Shown: positions 9,844 to 19,352 of the stretch, piece by piece
How positions within the stretch are numbered: the stretch's first letter is position 1
Layout of the letters: each line of letters opens with the position of its first letter
Origin: an uncultured Hyphomicrobiales bacterium
GTDB taxonomy: Bacteria > Pseudomonadota > Alphaproteobacteria > Micropepsales > Micropepsaceae
Direction of reading: 5' to 3'
NCBI GenBank assembly: GCA_966211925.1
Contig: CBIHOI010000006.1
Coordinates: 8,313 to 72,312, forward strand
DNA: 64,000 nt
Made by a program: the position numbers and the translations under genes
The notes under the pieces: model-generated
What the model was told of the DNA's origin: nothing
The model's input: the letters and a program-made list of their open reading frames with translations, nothing else
The model's database searches: none

Positions 9844-10937
9844 GACTTCCAGAATTTTCCGCCGGTCATGGGCTGCGCCACGCCTGTCGTGGTCGGCAGA
9901 GACAGCGGCAGGCCTTTCAGCGAACGCACCGCCAGATAGGCGAAGGCTTCCGCTTCCAGCGCGTCGCCATCCCAGCGCGCGCCTTCCGCCTTCAGCACCT
10001 GCGCATTGATGCGGGCCTGCAGCATTGCCATCAAGGTCGCGTTGTGACGTCCGCCGCCGCAGATGATCCAGGTGGTGGCCGGATCGGGGAAATGTTCGCG
10101 GGCGCGTGCGATCGAGGCGGCGGTGAAGGCTGTCAAAGTTGCCGCGCCATCGGCAGGCGACAGCGCCTCGACCGCCGCGACGCCGAAATCCATCCGGTCC
10201 AGCGACTTGGGCGGCAGGCGCTCAAAAAACGGGTTGGCCAGCATGGCGTCCAGCGCCGCATCATCCACCTTGCCGGTGGCGGCGAAGGCGCCATTCATGT
10301 CCACCGGTGTCTGCGTGTGACGGTGCATCCAGTCGTCGATCGGCGCATTGCCGGGGCCGGTATCGAAGGCCAGTACGTTGTCGTCGTTGATATAGGTGAT
10401 GTTGGCGACGCCGCCAATATTGACCACCGCCAGGGGTTGGGCCAGCGGCGAATTGCGCGCGAGCGCCGCGTGATACAGCGGTACCAGCGGCGCGCCCTGC
10501 CCGCCAGCCTTCACATCCGCGCTGCGGAAATCATTGACCACGTCAATGCCGGTCAGCCGTGCCAGCAGCGCGCCATCGCCGATCTGCCAGGTCCAGCGGC
10601 GTTCGGGGCGGTGCAGGATGGTCTGGCCGTGGAAGCCCAGCAGGGTCACGTCGCGGATGCCGGATTTTTCCACCAGTGACGCGACGGCCTCGGCGTGGAT
10701 TTCGGTCAGGCGGCGCTCCGCCTCGCGGATGCTGTGCGGGACGGGGCCGCCCTCCGCCACAGTGCGCGCATCGTCCAGCGCCGCCCGCAACATGGCGCGC
10801 GTTTCGGGGTCGTACGGGATCATCAGGCTGGGGCCAGGACGTACGACGGCCTCGCCATCCGTCTCCATCAGGGCGGCATCCACGCCGTCCAGCGAGGTGC
10901 CGCTCATCAGGCCGATGACTTTATATATCTTGGACAT
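9840..10937 (-). CDS. anmK: Anhydro-N-acetylmuramic acid kinase (start re-called to 10937)
   Basis: IGLMSGTSLDGVD, GFHGQT, GGQGAPL, NIGGVAN, FDTGPGN, CGGGRHN. Confidence 0.95.
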   Translation of the reverse strand: MSKIYKVIGLMSGTSLDGVDAALMETDGEAVVRPGPSLMIPYDPETRAMLRAALDDARTVAEGGPVPHSIREAERRLTEIHAEAVASLVEKSGIRDVTLLGFHGQTILHRPERRWTWQIGDGALLARLTGIDVVNDFRSADVKAGGQGAPLVPLYHAALARNSPLAQPLAVVNIGGVANITYINDDNVLAFDTGPGNAPIDDWMHRHTQTPVDMNGAFAATGKVDDAALDAMLANPFFERLPPKSLDRMDFGVAAVEALSPADGAATLTAFTAASIARAREHFPDPATTWIICGGGRHNATLMAMLQARINAQVLKAEGARWDGDALEAEAFAYLAVRSLKGLPLSLPTTTGVAQPMTGGKFWKS

Positions 10938-10976
10938 TTGTGCTAAAGACCGCGCCTCTTTCCAGGACCATACAAC

Positions 10977-12224
10977 ATGCCCGCCGCGCCGCAATTCCAG
11001 TCCGAATTCCTCCGCACTTTCGTGGCGCGCGGGGCTTATTACGACTGTTCGGGGCCCGCCGAACTGGATGCCATGTTCGCGCGCGAGCGGGTGACGGCCT
11101 ATATCGGCTTTGACTGCACCGCCGACAGTTTGCATGTCGGCAGCCTGGTGCAGCTGATGACCCTGCGCCGGCTCCAGCAGGCCGGGCACAAGCCCATCCT
11201 GCTGATGGGCGGCGGTACCACCAAGGCCGGCGATCCCAGCGGCAAGGACGAGACACGCCAGCTCCTGACCAACGAACAGATCGAGGCCAACAAGCAGTCC
11301 ATTCTCTCGGGTATCAAACACCTGCTGCAGTTCGGCGACGGCCCCAGCGACGCCATCCTGGTGGACAATGCCGACTGGCTGGACAAGCTGGATTACATTC
11401 CCTTCCTGCGCGATGTCGGGCGGCACTTTTCGGTCAACCGCATGCTGACCATGGAAAGCGTCAAGCTGCGGCTGGACCGCGAGCAGCCGCTGAGCTTCCT
11501 GGAATTCAACTATTCCATCATGCAGGCCTATGACTTTGTCGAGCTGTACAAGCGCTATGGCTGCAAGCTGCAATCCAGCGGCTCGGATCAGTGGGGCAAC
11601 GTCGTGTCGGGCATCGAGCTGGGCCGCCGCATGGAACAGGCGCAGCTTTTCGGGCTGACAACGCCGCTGATTACCACCGCCTCCGGCGCCAAGATGGGCA
11701 AGACCGCGGCGGGCGCGGTGTGGCTGAATGCCGGCCGCGTGTCGCCGTATGATTACTGGCAGTTCTGGCGCAACACCGAGGACAAGGATGTGGGGCGCTT
11801 CCTGCGACTGTTCACCGACATGCGGGAAGCGGAGGTGGCGCGGCTGGAAGCGCTGCAGGGCGCCGAATTGAACGACGCCAAGAAGGTGCTGGCGACCGAA
11901 GCCACTGCCATCCTGCATGGCCGCGCCGCGGCGGCGGCGGCAGAAGAAACAGCGCGCAGTGCTTTTGAAGACGGCGCCTCGGCGGTTGGACTGCCCACCA
12001 TCACCGCCGCCCTGCCCGACGGTATTCTCACCCTTGCCGTGGCGGCAGGGCTGGCGGCCTCGAACTCCGAAGCGCGCAAGCTGATTGCCAACAATGGGCT
12101 GAAGCTGAATGACGTGGCGGTGTCAGATCCCAAGCTGACCGTTGATGCATCGGCGCTGAACAGCGATGGCGTCCTGAAGCTGTCGAGCGGCAAGAAGAAG
12201 CACGTGCTGGTCAAGCCAGCCTGA
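10977..12224 (+). CDS. tyrS: Tyrosyl-tRNA synthetase
   Basis: YIGFDCTADSLHVGS, GSDQWGN, KMGKT, C-terminal S4 domain. Confidence 0.97.
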   Translation: MPAAPQFQSEFLRTFVARGAYYDCSGPAELDAMFARERVTAYIGFDCTADSLHVGSLVQLMTLRRLQQAGHKPILLMGGGTTKAGDPSGKDETRQLLTNEQIEANKQSILSGIKHLLQFGDGPSDAILVDNADWLDKLDYIPFLRDVGRHFSVNRMLTMESVKLRLDREQPLSFLEFNYSIMQAYDFVELYKRYGCKLQSSGSDQWGNVVSGIELGRRMEQAQLFGLTTPLITTASGAKMGKTAAGAVWLNAGRVSPYDYWQFWRNTEDKDVGRFLRLFTDMREAEVARLEALQGAELNDAKKVLATEATAILHGRAAAAAAEETARSAFEDGASAVGLPTITAALPDGILTLAVAAGLAASNSEARKLIANNGLKLNDVAVSDPKLTVDASALNSDGVLKLSSGKKKHVLVKPA

Positions 12225-12235
12225 AGGAGCGCGTC

Positions 12236-12766
12236 ATGAAGTTGCCTGCCGCATTGTTGCTGTTGATGCTCGCGCCGGCGTTTGCGACGCAGACCATCAC
12301 GACAACGCCCACCGCGCCCAGCGACAGCAAGCCCAACGATCCGTCGGTGCCAGACGTTTACACCTCCACCGGCCAGTTCGAGCGGGTGGTGGTGATGCGG
12401 ATGAAGTTTGGCACCGACCTTCTGGCCGATATCGAAAAGAGCGTGAAGGCCGAGCACATCCAGAATGGCGTTATCCTGTCGGGCATCGGCTCGGTGCGGG
12501 GCTATCGCGTCCACCAGGTCTATAACCGCGACCTGCCCACCAAGAACATATTCACGACCGAACCCAATGTACCGGCCGACCTGGACAGCGTCAGTGGCTA
12601 TGTCATCAACGGCAAGGTCCATGCTCATATCGTACTGGGCACCGGCGACAAGACCATCGCCGGACATCTGGAAAGCGGCACGGAGGTGTTCACCTATGCC
12701 GTCGTCACGATCGGCGTGCTGAACGGCGTCGATCTCGGCCGGGCTGAGGACAAGGGTTATCGCTGA
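12236..12766 (+). CDS. PPC/DUF296-domain protein with signal peptide
   Basis: DLLADIE..I..G.ILSGIGS, VHAHIVLG, AGHLESG; N-terminal MKLPAALLLLMLAPAFA. Confidence 0.8.
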   Translation: MKLPAALLLLMLAPAFATQTITTTPTAPSDSKPNDPSVPDVYTSTGQFERVVVMRMKFGTDLLADIEKSVKAEHIQNGVILSGIGSVRGYRVHQVYNRDLPTKNIFTTEPNVPADLDSVSGYVINGKVHAHIVLGTGDKTIAGHLESGTEVFTYAVVTIGVLNGVDLGRAEDKGYR

Positions 12767-12769
12767 CGA

Positions 12770-15700
12770 CTATTGCACCGGCCTGGGCGCGGGCTGGGCT
12801 TTGGACTGGGCATCGGCCTTGTTGGTCGGCGCGTCCGCCTTGGTCGGGATGTGGCCTTCGAAGATGCGGCGCAGGATGCCGGGCGTCAGCATCGACAGCG
12901 GATTGGTCGATAGATCGGGATGATCGGACGCGCCCGTGAGCGAATAGGTGATGCCGAATATCCCCTCACCCTTCTTTGACGCCAGGAGATCGCCCAGCAG
13001 CGGAATGTTGCTGATGATCGAATTCAGGCCATAGGCCGGGATCAGCGAGCCTTTCAGGGCGATGACGCCCTTGGGCCGGTCGATATAGCCGTCCGCGCTG
13101 GCGCCGATGGCACGGCCCACGACGCGGGCGCCGTTCACGCTGATCACGTTGTTCTTGGACGTGAAGGGCATGTTCAGCTCCTCCAGGGTCATGCCGTCGC
13201 CGCCCAGAAGGTCGCCGACACCGGTCAGCGAACCGGCGCTGAACAGCCGCGCCAGCAGGGGCTGGTTGACCATGTTGAAGTCCTTCACCGTCAGGGTGCC
13301 GGTGAAATCGGCCGGCAGCAGGCCCGGATTGACGATGTCGCTGGCCTGGCCCGGCAGGTTGACCACCGCCGTCAGCGCGCCGCCGCGCATGCTTTCAAAG
13401 GCGAACAGGCCGCGCGCCAGAAGACCCGCATCGCCTGCGGTGAGCGTGACCTTGCGCCCGGTGGCTGAGGTTTCGAGATTGGCGGCAATGGGCGCGGTGC
13501 GTCCGGCCATGGCAAGCGCGCCGCTGAGCGTCAGCGCTGCGGGCCTCACGCCCACTCCGGCAAGATCGAGATTGAAAGGCGCGATGGATACGCCGTCGCG
13601 CATTGCCAGCCTGTCCAGCCTGGCGTTGATGTGGAAATGGCCTTCGGGGGTGTCGTCCTGCGCCGCGACGGTGGCGCTGGCGCCGCCCGGCGCTTCATTG
13701 GTGCCATTGCGTCCCACCTTGGAACCATCCAGTGACTTGCCACGCAGGGTATAGTCATTGCTGCCGCCGTTGCGCGTCAGCAGGAACGACAGGTCGTTGA
13801 GCGGTCCCATCTTGACGGAGGGGAAGCTGAGGATGGTGAGCTCGCCTTCCTTGTCGAAATTCGCGGTGCCTGTGGCATTCAGCACCGGACCGCTGATCTT
13901 GATGGCTTCGTCCTGAACAATATTGCCCGGCGCGAAATTAACCTGGATGCGACCGCTGGCGGACTGGCCCGGAAGCTTCTCCAGATTGACGATGGGAATG
14001 CTCAGCAGCGCGGGCGTGAAATCCACCGTCACATCGGCATGGGCCAGGCTGCCGCTGCGACCGGTGATGTCGGCGCTGATGGGCACAGTGCCGCGCAGGT
14101 AGCGCGCCAGCCCGATATTGAGCGCGGCGCGGCCGCCTTCGGTCAGCGCGCCCTTCACAGCCAGCTTCGTGGTCAGCGGGCTCTTGGTGCGGAAATCCTC
14201 GGTCCAGTCCATCGACAGCCGGGAGTCCGCCAGATTGACCTGGCCGACCTGGTGCAGATGGGCATTGTCGATGTCGAAATCCACCGTGCCGTTGGTGATG
14301 CGGGTATGACCGCCCAGCGTGACGGCAAAGTCGTTCACGTGCGCCTTGACGGAAATGCCGACATCGTCCACCGGCAGGTTGGCCAGCATCGGCACCTTGA
14401 ACATCAGATCGGCACTCGCCGCCCCACCCGTCTGCCTGGGGTCGATCCCGAACTTGGTGGGATAGTTCAGCGGCTTCATGTCGATCAGGGCCATGACGTC
14501 GGGCATGGCGCCTTCGATATGCACGCCGAACTCGCCGACCGTGCCGACCTTGTGCAGGGTTGGGATCAGGGCCGTGCCGTTGCTGAGGCTGAGCGGTCCG
14601 ATATGGCCGCCATCGAATACGGCCTTGAAAGTATCGCCGGTCATCATGGCGTCACCGCGCACGCCGGTGGCATGAGTCAGGCCATTCACATACGCGCCTT
14701 CAACGTCACGCATCGCGAAGGTCAGCTTCAGCGAATCCTCGGGCAAGATTGCCTGGTCCAGCATGCCGGGGGAAAAATCGGTCTGCGCTTCCAGGGGACC
14801 GATCTGGCCGGCAAAGATGTTGGTGTTGATCCAGTCCCGTGCCCCCGGCGCCACCGGCAGCGGCCAGTAATGCAGCAGGGTGCGTATCGGAAGCGCGCCG
14901 ATCCTTGCCTTGGTCACCAAGCCCGGCGCGCCGGCATCTTTCAATGTGACGCTGCCGCTGGCGTCCAGCGCAAATCCCTTGGCGGAAAGGGACAGTTTTG
15001 CGACGTTGAACTGACGCGGACCGGCCAGATAGTCGCCCGCGACGGTCAGCGCCTGGTAGTCAACCGCCTGCGCAAAAACGCCCGGCATGTTCAGCGCAAT
15101 GTCCTTGCCCGACAGCTCGCCATGCACGCGCTCCAGCTTGCCGTCAGCATCAAGGAAGAAATCGCCGGAGCCTTTCAGCGTAGCGTGCGCCTCGCGTGCA
15201 TTCACAGCGATGCTGGACAGGACCAGGTGGCGGGGCGTGCCGTCATAACGGCCATTCAGGCGCAGGGTTTGCAGATGCAGCAGCTTGCCCTTCAGAGCGC
15301 TCCAGGGGATTTCACCGCTGGCGTTGACGTCGAAAACCGCCGCGGCCAAAGCGCCGCCGGGGGCCACGGTGAAGCGGGTGGAAACGCCGAGAAGCACGGG
15401 AAGATTTTTCAGGCTTGAAAATATCCCGCCCGCAGCACCGAGCCCGCGCAGATCAAGGCCCATGATGTTCGCATTGCCCTGAATGGCGCCGCGCCCCTCT
15501 GGCAGGGTGATGTCGGCAGTGACGTGGCTGGTGCGGCCGCCCGTCATGACATCGGAATCAAAGCTTGCGGCAGTGGCCTTGCCGCGCGCCCGGATGATGA
15601 CGCTGGCATGGGGCGCGGTGGCATAAAGGCCGGTGACTTCATCGAAGATGGCGAGCCTGGCGTCGCGCACGGCAAAGCTCTCAAGGGTCGAGGACGAACT

Positions 15701-16264
15701 GCCCCGCGCGTCGATCACGTCGCGAATGCGGCGGATGATGTCGTCGTCGCCGGCATCTTTTTCGCTACCCAGCCGGATGCGGCCGGTCTTCATATGAACC
15801 AGCTCGAAGGCGACGCCCACCAGGGTGATGCGCTTGACCACGAACTGGCCTTGCAGGAAGGGGGCAGCGGCGAGATCGATGTCGGCCTTGGGGGCGGTGA
15901 CCACCACCTTGCCGTGGCTGTCGTAAAGCCGCGCGCCCAACACCACCAGATTCACCCGGTTCTGGTCGCGGGTCCATTCGATGGCGGCCGTGTCATAATC
16001 CAGCGCGATGCCGGGGAGCGCGTCATGGATCGCGCCCGCCAATGTGCCCCGCAGCGGGCCCAGGGAAACCGGCCCCCACAGCAGCCGCAGCCCTGCCCCC
16101 ACCACGAAAAAAACGATAGCCGCCACCAGCACCCCGGCGGTGAGCGCGGCGCGACTGATGTGATGAGCCTTGATGTAATTCGTGAAAGGCAGCTTCAACG
16201 GCGCGTCCGGCTTGGGCGGGTCCAGTATTTCAACTGTTAGGCTTAAAAAGGGCAAATGTTCCAA
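12770..16264 (-). CDS. AsmA-like/YhdP (DUF3971) envelope protein
   Basis: 1164 aa, N-terminal TM, C-terminal LKGSLIPAYGLN..IP..G...GEGIFGITY..G....P....NPLS.LTPGILR; exact start uncertain. Confidence 0.85.
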   Translation of the reverse strand: MEHLPFLSLTVEILDPPKPDAPLKLPFTNYIKAHHISRAALTAGVLVAAIVFFVVGAGLRLLWGPVSLGPLRGTLAGAIHDALPGIALDYDTAAIEWTRDQNRVNLVVLGARLYDSHGKVVVTAPKADIDLAAAPFLQGQFVVKRITLVGVAFELVHMKTGRIRLGSEKDAGDDDIIRRIRDVIDARGSSSSTLESFAVRDARLAIFDEVTGLYATAPHASVIIRARGKATAASFDSDVMTGGRTSHVTADITLPEGRGAIQGNANIMGLDLRGLGAAGGIFSSLKNLPVLLGVSTRFTVAPGGALAAAVFDVNASGEIPWSALKGKLLHLQTLRLNGRYDGTPRHLVLSSIAVNAREAHATLKGSGDFFLDADGKLERVHGELSGKDIALNMPGVFAQAVDYQALTVAGDYLAGPRQFNVAKLSLSAKGFALDASGSVTLKDAGAPGLVTKARIGALPIRTLLHYWPLPVAPGARDWINTNIFAGQIGPLEAQTDFSPGMLDQAILPEDSLKLTFAMRDVEGAYVNGLTHATGVRGDAMMTGDTFKAVFDGGHIGPLSLSNGTALIPTLHKVGTVGEFGVHIEGAMPDVMALIDMKPLNYPTKFGIDPRQTGGAASADLMFKVPMLANLPVDDVGISVKAHVNDFAVTLGGHTRITNGTVDFDIDNAHLHQVGQVNLADSRLSMDWTEDFRTKSPLTTKLAVKGALTEGGRAALNIGLARYLRGTVPISADITGRSGSLAHADVTVDFTPALLSIPIVNLEKLPGQSASGRIQVNFAPGNIVQDEAIKISGPVLNATGTANFDKEGELTILSFPSVKMGPLNDLSFLLTRNGGSNDYTLRGKSLDGSKVGRNGTNEAPGGASATVAAQDDTPEGHFHINARLDRLAMRDGVSIAPFNLDLAGVGVRPAALTLSGALAMAGRTAPIAANLETSATGRKVTLTAGDAGLLARGLFAFESMRGGALTAVVNLPGQASDIVNPGLLPADFTGTLTVKDFNMVNQPLLARLFSAGSLTGVGDLLGGDGMTLEELNMPFTSKNNVISVNGARVVGRAIGASADGYIDRPKGVIALKGSLIPAYGLNSIISNIPLLGDLLASKKGEGIFGITYSLTGASDHPDLSTNPLSMLTPGILRRIFEGHIPTKADAPTNKADAQSKAQPAPRPVQ

Positions 16265-16344
16265 TTCTTTGGGGAACTTATGCTGCGATTGCGTTCATTG
16301 GCCGATATTGCTTAAATCCCGGCGCGCAGGACTTGGGAACTCTG

Positions 16345-16809
16345 ATGGGGCTGGAAGCGGGCGACAAGGCCCCATCCTTCAGGATCGCGACGGATGATGG
16401 CGGGGCCCTGTCCTCGGCCAGCCTGAAGGGCGCGCCCTATGTGGTGTTTTTCTATCCCAAGGATGACACTTCCGGCTGCACCAAGGAAGCCATCGGCTTT
16501 TCCGAAAACCTGGCCAAGTTCAGGAAACTGGGCGTGCCAGTGATCGGTGTGTCCAAGGACAGCCTGGAATCGCATCTCAAATTCCGCAAGAAGCACAATC
16601 TGAAGGTCGCGCTGGGCTCAGACCCCGAACTCAAGATGGCGCAGGCCTGGGGCGTGTGGGGCGAGAAAACCCTCTATGGCCGCAAATATATGGGCATGGA
16701 GCGCGCCACGTTCCTGGTGGATGAAAAAGGTGTCATCAAACAGGCTTGGCACAAGGTTAAGGTTCCCGGCCATGTCGAAGCGGTGCTGGACGCTGTGAAA
16801 ACGTCATGA
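16345..16809 (+). CDS. bcp: Peroxiredoxin Bcp (1-Cys)
   Basis: FFYPKDDTSGCTKEA; only one Cys. Confidence 0.93.
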   Translation: MGLEAGDKAPSFRIATDDGGALSSASLKGAPYVVFFYPKDDTSGCTKEAIGFSENLAKFRKLGVPVIGVSKDSLESHLKFRKKHNLKVALGSDPELKMAQAWGVWGEKTLYGRKYMGMERATFLVDEKGVIKQAWHKVKVPGHVEAVLDAVKTS

Positions 16810-16922
16810 AAAATCCGTTTCGCCGCACACTGGCCCCGCGATTAACCTCAGCGTCCTTTTTCTGGCACAAAAGGTTGCCCGGTGAGGCTGGGCAGGGTGA
16901 AATGCCGCCGGGCAAGGGCGAC

Positions 16923-18401
16923 ATGGCTGGCGACACTCCCAAATCAAAAACGCAGGCTTTCCTGGAACGTGTCTGGGCCTGGATTCATGCGACCTTCCCG
17001 GAACGACAGATCTATATCCGCAGCGACGGACGGGTTCAGTTCTTCACCTTCGGCCCGTCGCTGCAGGCGACGCTGGCCGGCCTGACCCTGATCTTCCTGG
17101 GCTGGGTGGCGTTCGCGACCGTGAATGTGATCTTCAAGGATCGCATCATTGCCGCCAAGGATCACCGCTACCAGCAGATGCAGACGGCCTATGAGAACCG
17201 GGTCGCCGACCTGCAGAGTTCCTATGACGACCTGAATGGGGCGCTGGTGAATGCGGAGGACCATTTCAAGGCAACCGCCGACGCCCTGACCGCCAAGCAG
17301 AACGCCATCTCCGGGTTCCTCAATCGCGCCGGCCAGGTGCAGGCGGCCGTGGGTGGCCGCAATGTCGCCACCCTGTCGCCCATGCCGGCGATGGCGCATG
17401 CCGCCCCTGCCGCACAGAATGCGCCGGGCCAGAACATGGATGTCGAAGCGCCGGCTGACGTCAGCGATGGCGATGATGGCGGTTCCTCGCAGCTCATCGT
17501 CATGCCGGGGCCGGCGGCGCCGCAGCCGCGCACGGCGCGGCCGGTGAAGACCGGATTCCTGGACGGCGCCCTGAAGCGCTTCGCCGCGCTGTGGCACACC
17601 GTCGGTGACCGCATCCACCTGGCGATCGCCACGCCCGGCAGGGCCCGCGACATTCCGGCGGCCTATGCCCAGCATCCCGCGCTGCGCGCGCTGGCGGAAC
17701 AGACCGCGCGGGTGGCGCGCCTGGGCCGGGACGAGAATGTCCTGATGGCGCGCACCGAAGGCGCGCTGGACCAGGGTGTGGGGTCCTTGCGCAATGTGAT
17801 GCGCCGCACCGGCATCAACCCCGACAGCTTCGCACGCAAGCTGGCGCAGAGCGAAGGCGTGGGCGGTCCCGATATTCCGCTCGACCAGGTGCGCATCGAA
17901 GGCATTTCCGACCCCCAGTTCACCCATGCCTATCTCAGCGCCGCCGCGGTGCTGGACCAGTTGAACGGGCTTTCCGCGGCGATGGATCACGTGCCGCTGG
18001 CCATGCCGGTCAGCTCGGCCAGCTTCGACCGCACGTCCGGCTTTGGAGCGCGCGTCGATCCCTTCACCGGCCGCTATGCCTTCCATCCCGGCATCGATTT
18101 CGCGGGTCCCTGGGGCAGCGTGGTGCATGCCACCGCGCCGGGCACGGTGGTGGCGGCGGGCTATCGCGGCGGCTATGGCAACATGGTCGAGATCGACCAC
18201 GGCTATGGCATTCACACCCGCTATGGCCACCTGTCGGCGATCACCGTGCAGGTCGGTGCCAAAGTGGGCAAGGGCGGCAATGTGGGCCGTGTCGGTTCCA
18301 CCGGCCGTTCCACCGGACCGCATGTGCATTACGAAGTCTGGTATGATGACGTCGTGAAGAACCCCAACAACTTCATCGAGGCAGGTCGCCATGTTCTCTA
18401 G
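16923..18401 (+). CDS. M23 endopeptidase with N-terminal TM and coiled coil (LmdC-like); start re-called to 16923
   Basis: FPERQIYIRSDG, TM helix, HPGIDF, HTRYGHL, STGPHVHYE. Confidence 0.88.
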   Translation: MAGDTPKSKTQAFLERVWAWIHATFPERQIYIRSDGRVQFFTFGPSLQATLAGLTLIFLGWVAFATVNVIFKDRIIAAKDHRYQQMQTAYENRVADLQSSYDDLNGALVNAEDHFKATADALTAKQNAISGFLNRAGQVQAAVGGRNVATLSPMPAMAHAAPAAQNAPGQNMDVEAPADVSDGDDGGSSQLIVMPGPAAPQPRTARPVKTGFLDGALKRFAALWHTVGDRIHLAIATPGRARDIPAAYAQHPALRALAEQTARVARLGRDENVLMARTEGALDQGVGSLRNVMRRTGINPDSFARKLAQSEGVGGPDIPLDQVRIEGISDPQFTHAYLSAAAVLDQLNGLSAAMDHVPLAMPVSSASFDRTSGFGARVDPFTGRYAFHPGIDFAGPWGSVVHATAPGTVVAAGYRGGYGNMVEIDHGYGIHTRYGHLSAITVQVGAKVGKGGNVGRVGSTGRSTGPHVHYEVWYDDVVKNPNNFIEAGRHVL

Positions 18402-18900
18402 CAAGTCCAGGGACACCGCTCCGGCCCCTGCCCCCGTCATGGCGCCCGCCGCATCCGCACCCAAGCGCGCCCGCCAGCTTTCGGCGCCTTCGATCATCAG
18501 CGCCGACATGGTGATCAACGGCACGCTGGCCTCGACCGGGGATATCCAGATCGATGGCCGCGTCGAAGGCGATGTGCGCAGCGTCGGCCTGGTGATCGGC
18601 GAGAAGGCCGAGGTCCATGGCGAGATCTATTCCGAGGATGTAACGGTACGCGGCAAGGTCGTGGGCCGCATCCGTGCCCGCAAGGTACTGCTGGCAGCCA
18701 CCAGCCATGTCGAAGGCGACATCCTGCATGAAGCCTTTGCGGTGGAGTCGGGCGCCTTCTTCGAAGGCAATTGCCGCCACAGCGATAATCCGCTGGGTGA
18801 TGCGCAGCGCACACCGGTGACTGCCGCCGGCTATACGCCGCCGCCGGACAACAGCACGCCCGCCGCGCTGTTTGCGCCTTTGCTGCCGGCCGTCAGCTAG
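18391..18900 (+). CDS. Bactofilin (polymer-forming cytoskeletal protein)
   Basis: MFS start; PSIIS.D..I.G......IQIDG.VEGDV....LVIGE...V.GEI, VESGAFFEG.C. Confidence 0.92.
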   Translation: MFSSKSRDTAPAPAPVMAPAASAPKRARQLSAPSIISADMVINGTLASTGDIQIDGRVEGDVRSVGLVIGEKAEVHGEIYSEDVTVRGKVVGRIRARKVLLAATSHVEGDILHEAFAVESGAFFEGNCRHSDNPLGDAQRTPVTAAGYTPPPDNSTPAALFAPLLPAVS

Positions 18901-19337
18901 TCCAGGCGCCGGATCGCCTGGGCGAGGTCGCGCGGAAATATATCTTCCGCCGTGCTGTCCATCTCGTCCAGCGTCCACCAGCGCACCTCCTGCAGCGAGG
19001 CGCTTTCCGCTGCGATCGTGCCGGTCAGTCTGGGGTTGCCCTCGTAACGGCCGGTGAAAAACGTGTCGCTGTTTTCGATCAGCACCCCTTCGAATTCGAA
19101 GATGCCGACCGCATGGTGCACCGGGCCTTTCAATGCTACCGCGATGCCGAGCTCTTCATGAAGTTCGCGGTGCGCGGCTTCCAGTGCCGTCTCGCCCGGC
19201 TCGACGCCGCCGCCCGGCGTCGCCCAGAAGGTCATATTGGGGAGGACAAACCGGATCAGCAGCACGCGCCCGCTGGCATCACGCAGGATTGCGCGGCCGG
19301 CCTGGCGCGGCCGCGGCGCGGAGCGCCGATCAATCAT
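18897..19337 (-). CDS. NUDIX hydrolase
   Basis: Nudix box GGGVEPGETALEAAHRELHEELG. Confidence 0.9.
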   Translation of the reverse strand: MIDRRSAPRPRQAGRAILRDASGRVLLIRFVLPNMTFWATPGGGVEPGETALEAAHRELHEELGIAVALKGPVHHAVGIFEFEGVLIENSDTFFTGRYEGNPRLTGTIAAESASLQEVRWWTLDEMDSTAEDIFPRDLAQAIRRLD

Positions 19338-19352
19338 TAAGCGGCGTCACCA

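Noticed and set aside
16842-16850. CtrA site upstream of the M23 peptidase
   Set aside because: Only a TTAACC half site, with no second half at N7 spacing.
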